In this document: piece after piece, positions 40,321 to 49,472 of the stretch | Position numbering within the stretch: position 1 is the first letter of the stretch | How the letters are laid out: each line of letters starts with the position of its first letter | NCBI GenBank assembly: GCA_005877075.1 | Contig: VBPX01000030.1 | Location: 9,227 to 73,226, forward strand | Origin: Nitrososphaerota archaeon | GTDB lineage: Archaea; Thermoproteota; Nitrososphaeria; Nitrososphaerales; Nitrososphaeraceae | DNA length: 64,000 nt | Direction: 5' to 3' | The notes under the pieces: generated by a model | The model's input: only the letters and a program-made list of their open reading frames with translations | What the model was told of the DNA's origin: nothing | Database searches by the model: none | Program-made: the position numbers and the translations under genes

Positions 40321-40680
40321 TCAAATATTTGACTTGTTCCCCAAATTACCTGCTTGTCCTTGCCCTTGCCCTTGCCCTTGTCCCATGCGAATCATTTCAT
40401 TTATTTTGTTTTCAACTTCCTTCAAATTTTCCTTTACTCTTGTTTCTTGCTTACCTAGAACAATCAGTCTGGTGTTAGAAAGGTCTTTCTTTTCATCAAG
40501 TTCCTTTAGAGTATCATCCTTTTTGGTTTTAAGCAAGAGAGGTCCAACACTCTTGTACACAACTTCATCAGGTTCTAATTTCTTAAGTTCCTCTGTGGCC
40601 CTTTCTATTTCTACAGATTCTGCTTCAAGTTGCTGTTTTTGCATCATGATTGCTTGCAGATTCTGTTGTAGTTGTTGCAA
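40321..40680 (-). CDS. pfdB: Prefoldin beta subunit with C-terminal (GQ)5 tail; N-terminal boundary uncertain
   Basis: Coiled-coil/beta-hairpin/coiled-coil layout (QQLQQNLQAIMMQKQQLE...VYKSVGPLLLK...KENLKEVENKINEM). Annotated from TTG 40680. See the finding on a possible upstream ATG at 40724. Confidence 0.8.
   Translation of the reverse strand: MQQLQQNLQAIMMQKQQLEAESVEIERATEELKKLEPDEVVYKSVGPLLLKTKKDDTLKELDEKKDLSNTRLIVLGKQETRVKENLKEVENKINEMIRMGQGQGQGQGQAGNLGNKSNI
40354..40383. repeat. Hexanucleotide microsatellite (ccttgc-type, five units, three perfect) encoding (GQ)5
   Basis: Read directly in the sequence, inside the prefoldin beta 3' end. Confidence 0.9.
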
Positions 40681-40764
40681 TCTTGTAAGTTGTTCTCTTA
40701 ACCAGGTATTTCTTGTTCGCTCATTTCTATCTACTTTGATTTACCATCATAAATCTATAGCGTT

Positions 40765-41028
40765 TTATAAATTTAGAGACAAATACGATAAGCTTAGCAA
40801 TCTAAAATATGTGTTAATTATAGCACGCATTGATTCTAAATCATTCGTACTAATATTAATAAAAATGGCCCCATTTTTAGAAAAGATCCTTATTTTTTCA
40901 TTATAGGTGATAAATCTAGTCTCGGGATTCAGAGCATTAGTAATAGCATCTCCAATCTTCGAAGAAAGTTCTGACGAAAAGTTTTGTAAAGTAATTTGAA
41001 TATTAATATTTACTCTTTGTTTTTTCAA
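40765..41028 (-). CDS. pcc1: KEOPS complex subunit Pcc1
   Basis: 87 aa with TTG start. ...NALNPET...IFINISTNDLESMRAIINTYFRLL matches the Pcc1 pattern (A.D...LRA..NSYLR). The position next to prefoldin and exosome genes is typical. Confidence 0.65.
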   Translation of the reverse strand: MKKQRVNINIQITLQNFSSELSSKIGDAITNALNPETRFITYNEKIRIFSKNGAIFINISTNDLESMRAIINTYFRLLSLSYLSLNL

Positions 41029-41248
41029 AGTTTACATCATATGTACCAGCCGCCACTTTATAGTTGCATTTTGAACAATGCCAAATTCCTAGGGCTATTC
41101 TATCAAATTTTATTGATCCGCATTTAGGGCATCTTCTCTTTTTTTTCAGAATTCTGTAAATCATGCCATATCTCTTTCTCAAGGTAGCTCCATATTTTAC
41201 GCCTAATCCCTTAAGACGGGAAATTTTGTGCTTATTTCTACTTACCAG
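41003..41248 (-). CDS. rpl37ae: 50S ribosomal protein L37Ae (eL43); start codon unresolved
   Basis: Hand translation gives ...SRNKHKISRLKGLGVKYGATLRKRYGMIYRILKKKRRCPKCGSIKFDRIALGIWHCSKCNYKVAAGTYDV..., with the CxxC...CxxC zinc ribbon. Missing from the ORF track because no ATG/GTG/TTG precedes the conserved N-terminal block. Confidence 0.8.
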   Translation of the reverse strand: MVSRNKHKISRLKGLGVKYGATLRKRYGMIYRILKKKRRCPKCGSIKFDRIALGIWHCSKCNYKVAAGTYDVNFEKTKSKY

Positions 41249-42065
41249 TTCCGATCCACTCCCTAAGTTTTAATCTAATTTCTTCGCCTTTAATTCTTGC
41301 TTTATCGGCAGTACCCTTCACTTCATCAAGCGTGAAATACCCTTTCAAGCCCTTTTGCATTGCAACAATTGAACCCTTTGAATTTGTGGTAATGGTTAGT
41401 CTTGCATCCATACATGCTTCCTCTTCGGCATTTGGATCCAAAAGCAGATTATCGCCAATTTTAACTGTGGTAACAGAGACAGGGATAGTAGTTATTGGAG
41501 GTTCTTGAGTTTTTCCCGTATCTATTACTTTATCGTCTTTAATTTCAAAGACAGGTAATTTACAACTAGCTAATGCTGATACTACTGCGTACGAGGTTGC
41601 ATCAAGCAGGTTACCATCTACATTAAGGACACTGCAATCGACAAAAATTGTGTATACAATTTTTCCTGGTATCAAAACTAATTTGCTTAAATCTAGCATC
41701 TCAGATTCTCTCACACCCCTATCGACGACCCTAGCAAGCTCAATCGTTTCTTCATCAGGAGGTCCAGGTTCTATATGAGGTGATGCAATTGGAAGGACTT
41801 CAGCTGTAATTATTAACGCTCCACTATTTTCCAATCCTTCAAAGGGTTCTCCAGTTTCGACTTTCACTCCTGCAACAACTTCTGTATTTCCCAACTTAAC
41901 CCAAGCTGATCCATTTGCTTTTTTTATGACATCTAATTCAATCTCAAGAGATCTTGTTTCATCTAAACTTCTTTCATCTAGTCTTTTCCCTGCTGAAATT
42001 GACTCTCGCATCTGTTTCTTGCGAAGATTTTCCACAATTATTGTAGATTTCTTTGATAAACTCAT
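41238..42065 (-). CDS. rrp42: Exosome complex component Rrp42
   Basis: 275-aa RNase PH-like protein (RLDERSLDETR, NGSAWVKLGNTEVVAGV), directly downstream of Rrp41. Confidence 0.9.
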   Translation of the reverse strand: MSLSKKSTIIVENLRKKQMRESISAGKRLDERSLDETRSLEIELDVIKKANGSAWVKLGNTEVVAGVKVETGEPFEGLENSGALIITAEVLPIASPHIEPGPPDEETIELARVVDRGVRESEMLDLSKLVLIPGKIVYTIFVDCSVLNVDGNLLDATSYAVVSALASCKLPVFEIKDDKVIDTGKTQEPPITTIPVSVTTVKIGDNLLLDPNAEEEACMDARLTITTNSKGSIVAMQKGLKGYFTLDEVKGTADKARIKGEEIRLKLREWIGTGK

Positions 42066-42799
42066 TACTCTTTTAGCCCCTTTTCATTGCCAAAGTATTT
42101 TTCCATAAGAGATGAACGCTGTATTTCATAAACCTTCAAGCAGCCACGTATGGCTTCGTCCAAACATGTATTGAATTCTGTAGGGCTTAATTCTCCGTCA
42201 AGTTGAAGAAGTGTTATTTTCTTGAGATTTGGCATATATGCTACTGGCATGTCTGCTTTGCCTTCTTTATCTTCAGTATCATTAATATCAATCACTATCT
42301 TATCATCTACCTTTCCTGCTGCACATGCTGAAACCATATCACGCATATTTATTCCTGCGTCCGCAAGTGCCACTGAAGCCGCGGTAATACCTGCGCATCT
42401 TGAACCCCCGTCTGCTTGCAATACTTCAATAAAGACATCAATCGCTGCTCGCGGATAATCCTCAAGTATCAGAGCAGGTTCTAAGGCTTCTCGAATAACT
42501 TTTGAAATTTCCGTCTCCCTTCTTGATGGTGCGGGGCTTTTACGAGTGTCTGTTGAAAATGGAGACATGTGATATCTACATCGTATAACACATCGATCAG
42601 ATTGTGCCATATGTTTTGGATGGACTTCGCGTGGGCCATACACTGCCGCAATTATCTTATTTTTACCGAATTCTATAAGTGCAGAGCCATCTGCATTCCT
42701 AATTATTCCTACCTTAATCCGTACCTCTCTTAATTCATCAATTATCCTTCCGTCGCTTCTCTTTCCGCTTTCATTTATAAGACTTCTACTTTGTACCAT
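42065..42799 (-). CDS. rrp41: Exosome complex exonuclease Rrp41
   Basis: 244-aa RNase PH domain with RSDGRIIDELREV, ADGSALIEFGKNKIIAAVYGPRE and LQADGGSRCAGITAASVALADAG. Confidence 0.9.
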   Translation of the reverse strand: MVQSRSLINESGKRSDGRIIDELREVRIKVGIIRNADGSALIEFGKNKIIAAVYGPREVHPKHMAQSDRCVIRCRYHMSPFSTDTRKSPAPSRRETEISKVIREALEPALILEDYPRAAIDVFIEVLQADGGSRCAGITAASVALADAGINMRDMVSACAAGKVDDKIVIDINDTEDKEGKADMPVAYMPNLKKITLLQLDGELSPTEFNTCLDEAIRGCLKVYEIQRSSLMEKYFGNEKGLKE

Positions 42800-43589
42800 T
42801 TGAATTCATCATCTCCGTATCTTTACCATTGTCATTCGAAATAACCTTATCATCGTGCATGACTGTTTCATTATTTTCATGATTTATTTGAGTATCATCA
42901 TTTTCAATATCAGATTCTGGTACGTTTAACAACTGTTTAATTCTTTGAGTAAGGTTTGAAGTATGCGCTTCAATTTCCACTATATGAATCGCATTTATTG
43001 CAAGATTGATTCCTTCCTTGTCTCTTCCTGATACCACGATAATTCCGTTTTGACCTATAGTTATCCTTGTTGCGGTTGCCTGTTCAATGGTTTGGATCAT
43101 GGATCCTCTTTTTCCTATAAGTCTTGGAACTCTGGTAGCAGATATTTTTAACAATTCACCGGTTGGTATTTTCCCCAAGTCTTTATCTTGAATTGTAAGA
43201 ATTGGATCTCTCGTCCTGTCAAACATCGCAATTCTAGCAACAATAACGTCACCGCTTGCTAGTTGACGTCCCATATCATCATGTGCCGGTGAAAAATCCC
43301 GTCCAAATACGTCTTGTGCAGGTAGATGTGCAGAAAAGCATGAATTTATGTCGACTGACCACGAAAGTGATGAATGGTCCAGTATTTTACCTATTACAAT
43401 ATCATTTGTTCGAGGAAAGTAAATTCCGGATAATGGAATTACTTTGGTACCGTCTTTATTTGATTCTGTGATGCCAATCCTAGTTGCCACAATTGAATTT
43501 CCATTCTTAAACACGTTTACTAAAGGTTTGAAATTGCCTTCAGCCACAACATCACCGGGAATAACATATTTTCTTTTAACTTCCTGCAT
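42786..43589 (-). CDS. rrp4: Exosome complex RNA-binding protein Rrp4 (S1 + KH) with Asn/Asp-rich tail
   Basis: 267 aa. YVIPGDVV N-terminal domain, S1 region (IVIGKILDHSSLSWSVDI), KH region (RVPRLIGKRGSMIQTIEQATATRITIGQNG). Confidence 0.9.
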   Translation of the reverse strand: MQEVKRKYVIPGDVVAEGNFKPLVNVFKNGNSIVATRIGITESNKDGTKVIPLSGIYFPRTNDIVIGKILDHSSLSWSVDINSCFSAHLPAQDVFGRDFSPAHDDMGRQLASGDVIVARIAMFDRTRDPILTIQDKDLGKIPTGELLKISATRVPRLIGKRGSMIQTIEQATATRITIGQNGIIVVSGRDKEGINLAINAIHIVEIEAHTSNLTQRIKQLLNVPESDIENDDTQINHENNETVMHDDKVISNDNGKDTEMMNSNGTK

Positions 43590-43699
43590 TTAACAATCCT
43601 CCAAAATAGGAATTCAAAAATCTTATATTCATAATTCTTCCTTTTTGGGAAGTTAGAACAGACTTATATTTTAAGTGTGGCTAATAACGTGAATATTTA

Positions 43700-44422
43700 T
43701 CATCTTTCAGTCACCTGAGCCGAACCCTTGGTGACATTTCCAATTCGATCTAGAAAAGAACTCTTCATTCCTGCATTGATATTGAGAACTACTTGTAATG
43801 ACCCATCCGAAAGCCATTGTTCTGATTTTACCTCACCCATGCTTCTTAATACACTAAATGATTGCCCAGAAAATTGTGCAGGGACAGTCACGCTCAACTC
43901 CAATATTTCTGACTTTAATGGTAATATTTTTCGTAATGGATCAATTATATACTTGATTTGATCGTCTAATCGCTTAAAAGGATCAATAGCCAATCGCGCT
44001 TCATCTAATACCGCGTTAATTCTTGATATAGGATGTGGCATATGTGTTTTGGGATCAACAAAATTCTTATTGATATATTGAACAATCTGTTTTTTCTTTT
44101 CTTCAATCATCTTTCTACGCTGATCAGTATTCATGTTTAGATCACCCTTGGACATGATCTGTTTTGCTATTTCTAATTGATCTGTTGTCTTAAAATGCTT
44201 CATTAATTTGTCTGTCGAGCTTCGTGTTCCTTTGCTCGCATCTGAATAAATTTCGTCGGATATCATAATATTTGAGATATCAATATTTTTACCAAGTTTG
44301 TATTCTAAAGCAGGATCTGGTTTAACCAATATTTCAAATTTTTCACCTCCGGCATTTAACCTAACAATTGTAAATTTATCAATCATAGTAGTTGTAATAT
44401 CTGAAAATATATAAGCATACAA
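43700..44422 (-). CDS. SBDS-family ribosome maturation protein (Sdo1)
   Basis: 240 aa (likely start MIDKFTIVRL at 44386) with IVRLNAGGEKFEILVKPDPALEYKLGK and the FYSH/central/C-terminal layout. Confidence 0.85.
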   Translation of the reverse strand: MYAYIFSDITTTMIDKFTIVRLNAGGEKFEILVKPDPALEYKLGKNIDISNIMISDEIYSDASKGTRSSTDKLMKHFKTTDQLEIAKQIMSKGDLNMNTDQRRKMIEEKKKQIVQYINKNFVDPKTHMPHPISRINAVLDEARLAIDPFKRLDDQIKYIIDPLRKILPLKSEILELSVTVPAQFSGQSFSVLRSMGEVKSEQWLSDGSLQVVLNINAGMKSSFLDRIGNVTKGSAQVTER

Positions 44423-44490
44423 ATAAGAAATTAAGATTTCAGATTTTTGATAAAAAATAAAAAGTAAAGGAATAAAAAATTAGTCTATTC

Positions 44491-45975
44491 CTACTCGCTC
44501 ACGTAAGCTCTTTCCCCATGTTGGGTCAAGTCGAGTCCTATTTCCTCTTCTTTGGGAGTAACTCTGATGCCGCCAGGCCATACTTTGTCCATTATTTTTA
44601 TAATTACTGCGGTTATTCCCATTGCCCACGCAACGGCTGCAAATGCGCCTACAGCATTTTCTAATAATTGATGTGGATTGCCAAATACAAGGCCGTCATC
44701 TCCCCAAGGGGTAAATCTCTTTTCCGCGAATAATCCAGTGCATAAAGCTCCTGCAAGTCCACCAATTCCGTGTACTCCCCATGTATCTAGTGCATCATCC
44801 CACTTTCTTCTATTCTTGAACATAACTGCTGCATAACATGCAACAGATGCAATTATTCCAATGACAAGGGCGGACATTGGTGACACAAAACCTGAGGCTG
44901 GAGTAATAGCCACAAGTCCAGCTACCGCACCTGAAGCAGCTCCAACTGTTGATGCCCTTCCTGTGTGTGCCCAAGATAGTAATGACCATGTAACTGCAGC
45001 CATACCAGTGGCAACTTGTGTAGCGACAAAAGCACTCGTAGCATTTGTAGCTGCAGCGCCGGCAGAGCCCGCATTAAATCCAAACCATCCGAACCACAGT
45101 AATGTTGCTCCCAAAACAACGAGTGTAATATTGTGTGGTTCCATAGGAACTTTACCATATCCTATTCTCCTACCCAGCATTAGTGCTAGAACTAATCCGG
45201 ACCATCCAGATGTTATGTGAATGACAGTTCCTCCAGCAAAGTCAAGAGCTCCATAGCAACCACCCCATCCAAAGCCACAATATCCAGGATTCATTCCATA
45301 GTTGTCTGGTGCTGTAATTTCCCATGTCCAGTGTGCAGCAAAGTCATAAACAAATGTAGCCCACAGTACTACGAAAATAACAAATGCACTAAATTTCATT
45401 CTTTCAACTGCGGCCGCCACAATTAGCGCAGGAGTAATAATTGCGAACATCATCTGAAATATCATATATGTCTGGTGTGGAATGGTAGTTCCAGTTATGC
45501 CTCCATATGCAGCTGAAGGAACATCATGAAGAACATTATTTAAACCAGCCCAGTCTAGCGTTCCGATAAATCCATAACCACCTGCATCTGGACCAAAAGC
45601 TAAGCTATAGCCCCATAGCACCCATTGTACAGCGACTAAACCGGTCGTAATAAACACCATGTGCAGTGTATTAACAGCATTTTTTTGTCTGGATAATCCA
45701 GAATAAAATATAGCCAAACCACCAGGCGTCATTACAAGTACCAGTGCTGAAGACGTAAGCATCCACGCATTATCACCGCTATCAATTCGACATGGGATCA
45801 AGTCACCTTCGGCGGTCAAATTATAATTCCCTTTACTGTCAGCTTCAAAGCAATGATATTTTGCAGCAGGATCATCAGGCTTGTAAGCGGAAGCGCTTAT
45901 CAAATAAGCTGATGTTAGAGTCAGGGTTGTCAAAATTCCAACTAACATGAAGATAGTGATGTTCTTCCTAAACAT
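44491..45975 (-). CDS. amt: Ammonium transporter (Amt family)
   Basis: 494 aa, 11+ TM helices, with DSGDNAWMLTSSALVLVMTPGGLAIFYSG, AGGTVIHITSGWSGL and WGVHGIGGLAGAL. Confidence 0.9.
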   Translation of the reverse strand: MFRKNITIFMLVGILTTLTLTSAYLISASAYKPDDPAAKYHCFEADSKGNYNLTAEGDLIPCRIDSGDNAWMLTSSALVLVMTPGGLAIFYSGLSRQKNAVNTLHMVFITTGLVAVQWVLWGYSLAFGPDAGGYGFIGTLDWAGLNNVLHDVPSAAYGGITGTTIPHQTYMIFQMMFAIITPALIVAAAVERMKFSAFVIFVVLWATFVYDFAAHWTWEITAPDNYGMNPGYCGFGWGGCYGALDFAGGTVIHITSGWSGLVLALMLGRRIGYGKVPMEPHNITLVVLGATLLWFGWFGFNAGSAGAAATNATSAFVATQVATGMAAVTWSLLSWAHTGRASTVGAASGAVAGLVAITPASGFVSPMSALVIGIIASVACYAAVMFKNRRKWDDALDTWGVHGIGGLAGALCTGLFAEKRFTPWGDDGLVFGNPHQLLENAVGAFAAVAWAMGITAVIIKIMDKVWPGGIRVTPKEEEIGLDLTQHGERAYVSE

Positions 45976-45998
45976 TATTCACCAATATTTTAGAGAAG

Positions 45999-46010
45999 TA
46001 TAAAAAATAT
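45999..46010 (-). promoter_or_regulatory. Candidate TATA box for amt
   Basis: On the coding strand, atattttttata lies 24-35 nt upstream of the amt ATG. This would imply a leaderless or very short-leader mRNA. Position and composition only. Confidence 0.25.
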
Positions 46011-47039
46011 AACAATATAAGATGAGATTCTAATGTGAGTATTATAAAATTAAGATCAGTTTAATTATTTATAATATTAATATATTATACTATTATCATA
46101 ATAATGATAGTTCATGATACATAAATTTTGTAGCATGTTACTAAATACGTTCACCCATAATTTGGAAAGATTTTTGGTCCTAGGGTTTCATTCTTGCAAA
46201 TCAAATCTGAGAAGAATATTATCTAATAAATTTTTGGATTCTTATTACTGGTATGCTTATGCAATATGATTTATTATTTGTTATAGTATCCATTTCAAAC
46301 ACTAAATTATTTACACATGATTCGAATTTATTTTTCGCATTAATTAAGTAGTATTTTCGATGTGAAAAATTGGCAATGACATACATTTTTGTATTACTAG
46401 CCATTAGAAACAACGTGTTAAAACAATTATTATAATAATAACCACCCAAAATAGAATTAGTTTCACTGAGAACTGCGGTGGCTAAACTATACGTGATTAA
46501 ACTATTAAATTGTGTGGAAATATCATTATGTTTTTTGTTTTTTCTTTCCTGATAATCAGATCAAAACTCGAAGATCAAATGAATTTAGATTTTCTATAAT
46601 TTTGAAAATATACATATTCCATCACTATTAGAAATTTGCATTTCTATATTTGGAATTATACAAATCCATTGACAGTTTATGTTCAACAATTACATAAGCT
46701 AACTCAAAACTAATACCCACATTAGGCTGTTTTTACAAATACAAATTTATTTGAAAACTCTTAAATCTAAATTTCCGTTACAACTTGAGATATCATACCA
46801 AAAACTGCTCATCACAATTCATGACTCAAAATTATGCAGATCAACCCTATGCGGATCAACCCCGCAATAATCTATTAAATTGAACTTAATTGTCTAACAA
46901 ATTATTATCCATGATTTCCATGAGCCAATTAATTAATTCAGATCCATGAGGTATTGATATGAAAGATATTGAATTCGCCATGACTTTCAAGAATTACTGA
47001 TTGTCCAAATCTATTTATTTTGAGAAGAGTAACTAACTA

Positions 47040-48161
47040 GTGATGAGCAGATTTTTCAGAGCTAAAGACAAGAATGATAATTCTCCCAATAAGGAAGAAG
47101 AAACCAAAGACACCATAGATTATCACGACTTCCAGGTGCGTGACTTATATAATAAAGGGGTGAATCACATGTCTAACGATAAATTTAATGATGCGATACG
47201 TAGTTTTGAACTAGCTCTTAGAATAGATCCTAAATTTGTAGAAGCTTGGATTAAAAAAGGCTATGCTCATTTCCACATGGGAGATTATTCTTTTTCCATT
47301 TCTTCTTATGATATGGCATTAAACGTAGACCCCGATAACTATGAAGCCTGGAATTTAAAAGGACTTGCATACTATAAAATGAATAATTATGAAAAAGCTA
47401 TTGAATGTTGTACCAAAGCTTTGGATGTTAATCCCAGGGACGGAATGGTGTGGTACAACTATGCCTGTTATCTCACGTTAAATGGAAAGGTCGATGATGG
47501 AATGGAAGCTTTGAAAAGAGCAATTGAAATTGATATTTCCCATGCGAAAAAAGCTGTGCGAGACAGAGATTTTGAAAATGCTCGTGCTGAAGAAGGATTT
47601 ATGAGAATAATAGAAGTGGTCGTCCTTGAATCCTTACGTCAAGGTTATGATTATGTAGGTAAAATCGTTTGGATAACTGGTATGGATAAACAGGATGTTG
47701 AAGATGCACTTTTACGCTTGAGTATGAAGGGACTGGTGACTATAAAGGAAAAGAAATCACTAACTGGAAAAGAAGAGTATTATGAACTTTCAAGAGATCT
47801 TTCAGATAAACTGGGAGAAAAGAAAAGAATGGGCTTTCTAAAGTCTAAACAATATTCTGCACCAATTCAGGAGATAAGAGATATTCTTGAAATATTAGAT
47901 AAATCGGTCGAATCTGTCAAAAACGGAGAGATTAGTCAAACTATAGATTCATTTGAGGAATTGATAAGTCCACAGAAACATGGTAATACAATGATTGAAC
48001 AATTTTTTGATCAACATCGTGATTTGAGACTTTATCAAATTAGACTAAAGGACAAGGGCCAGGAATATCTTGATTCACATAAATCCGAACTAACAGGTTT
48101 ACTTCAAAACATAATAGAGAAAGTAAGAAGTGGTCCCTTATCTAAGACCATCTTGGATTAA
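47040..48161 (+). CDS. TPR repeat protein with C-terminal winged-helix-like region
   Basis: 373 aa with four or more TPR units (AIRSFELALRIDPKFVEAW..., ALNVDPDNYEAWNLKG..., ALDVNPRDGMVWYN...), then GKIVWITGMDKQDVEDALLRLSMKGLV. Confidence 0.7.
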   Translation: MMSRFFRAKDKNDNSPNKEEETKDTIDYHDFQVRDLYNKGVNHMSNDKFNDAIRSFELALRIDPKFVEAWIKKGYAHFHMGDYSFSISSYDMALNVDPDNYEAWNLKGLAYYKMNNYEKAIECCTKALDVNPRDGMVWYNYACYLTLNGKVDDGMEALKRAIEIDISHAKKAVRDRDFENARAEEGFMRIIEVVVLESLRQGYDYVGKIVWITGMDKQDVEDALLRLSMKGLVTIKEKKSLTGKEEYYELSRDLSDKLGEKKRMGFLKSKQYSAPIQEIRDILEILDKSVESVKNGEISQTIDSFEELISPQKHGNTMIEQFFDQHRDLRLYQIRLKDKGQEYLDSHKSELTGLLQNIIEKVRSGPLSKTILD

Positions 48162-48166
48162 ATGTT

Positions 48167-48196
48167 CTCATATTGAATTTGCTCATATTGAATTTG
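48167..48196. repeat. 15-nt perfect tandem duplication (ctcatattgaatttg x2)
   Basis: Read directly in the sequence, in the 60-nt spacer between two convergent genes. Confidence 0.9.
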
Positions 48197-48221
48197 ACTT
48201 TTAATTAAATGAATTTTAATT

Positions 48222-48530
48222 TCACTGCGTAGTATTTGACCTGCTTATTTTGTTTATGATTTCTTTAAGCGTATCCATATTCGCTTCGAGATAATTTGAA
48301 ACAAAATACATTATTCCATATTTTTCACCCATTCTTGAAACAAGATTATTTTTTTCCAACACATCAATGTGATGCTGGACCGCCTTATAATCGAGATTCA
48401 GGATTTCTGCCATACGATTTATGTTGAGTGGAGTATCTTGTAGCAAACTTATTATCTTGATTCTATTTTCGCCTCCCTTTGAGCCTGCGAATAGATACCA
48501 TAAAAGGCGTCTGACAGTGGGATTCGTCAT
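48222..48530 (-). CDS. ArsR-like winged-helix transcriptional regulator
   Basis: 102 aa with RIKIISLLQDTPLNINRMAEILNLDYKAVQHHIDVLEKNNLV. Divergent from thi4. Confidence 0.7.
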   Translation of the reverse strand: MTNPTVRRLLWYLFAGSKGGENRIKIISLLQDTPLNINRMAEILNLDYKAVQHHIDVLEKNNLVSRMGEKYGIMYFVSNYLEANMDTLKEIINKISRSNTTQ

Positions 48531-48637
48531 TTAGAGTATTCATAATGAGCCATTAATTAAAATTTGAATTACTCCCTTGTGTGGGGAAACCATCTAATAC
48601 ACATAATATTAATACAAGATATAGGCATAATTTGATC

Positions 48638-49444
48638 ATGGGAAAAATTTTCGCCGAGGTAAGTGAAAAGGAAATAACAAGAACTATAGCACAAATGTTC
48701 AATGAAACATTGATTGAATATAGCGATAGTGATGTAATTATCATTGGTGCTGGACCTGCAGGTTTGATGGCTGGAAGGGAACTCTGTAAAAATGGTATTA
48801 GGACACTCATTATAGAACAGAATAACTACATCGGTGGGGGCTATTGGGTAGGAGGATATATGATGAACCCCGTAACAGTAAGATACCCAGCAAATCAAAT
48901 ATGGGATGAACTTGGAGTTCCCTACAGAAAAATTTCTGATTCATTATTTGCTACATGGGGACCTCATGCATGTTCAAAGCTTATTGCATCTGCATGTGAT
49001 TGTGGAGTAAGATTCCTTCAACTTACCAAATTTGATGATTTAGTATTAAAAAATAAAAGAGTGGGTGGAGTGGTTGTCAACTGGATGCCAGTATCTGCAT
49101 TACCAAGAAACATTACATGCGTCGATCCTGTTGCTCTTGAATCGAAAATAGTAATTGATGCATCAGGCCATGATTCAGTAGCTGTAAAAAGACTAATGGA
49201 TAGGGGATATGTAAAGTGGAAAGGAATGGAACCAATGTCGGTAAATGGTGAAGATGCTGTAGTTGAATATACAGGCGAAGTCTATCCTGGATTAATTGCC
49301 GCAGGAATGTCAGCGACAGAGACACATGGATTACCTAGAATGGGTCCTACATTTGGATCAATGTTATTGTCGGGAAAGAAAGCAGCGCAAGTTGCTCTCG
49401 GAAAATTGAAGGAAATCCCAAATCCAGATATTAAAATAAAGTGA
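48638..49444 (+). CDS. thi4: Thiamine thiazole synthase (archaeal Thi4)
   Basis: ATG at 48638 (the ORF track begins at an upstream GTG, 48581). Blocks: DVIIIGAGPAGLMAG, GGGYWVGG, IDASGHD, GMSATETHGLPRMGPTFGSMLLSG. Confidence 0.85.
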   Translation: MGKIFAEVSEKEITRTIAQMFNETLIEYSDSDVIIIGAGPAGLMAGRELCKNGIRTLIIEQNNYIGGGYWVGGYMMNPVTVRYPANQIWDELGVPYRKISDSLFATWGPHACSKLIASACDCGVRFLQLTKFDDLVLKNKRVGGVVVNWMPVSALPRNITCVDPVALESKIVIDASGHDSVAVKRLMDRGYVKWKGMEPMSVNGEDAVVEYTGEVYPGLIAAGMSATETHGLPRMGPTFGSMLLSGKKAAQVALGKLKEIPNPDIKIK

Positions 49445-49472
49445 AGCAAAAAATAGTAATTATGACTTACAT

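Noticed and set aside
40334-40906. 190-aa plus-strand ORF
   Set aside because: It is antisense to prefoldin beta and the Pcc1 start, with low-complexity Ser/Phe/Cys-rich translation. This is a shadow ORF of real minus-strand genes.
46219-46449. 76-aa minus-strand ORF in the long amt upstream spacer
   Set aside because: The Asn/Tyr/Ile/Phe-rich translation is typical of chance ORFs in AT-rich DNA, with no motif or coupling to neighbours.
48531-48637. Possible TPP riboswitch upstream of thi4
   Set aside because: The spacer lacks the conserved CUGAGA / ACCUGAUCUGGAUAAUGCCAGCG-type elements and is too AT-rich to form the known fold.
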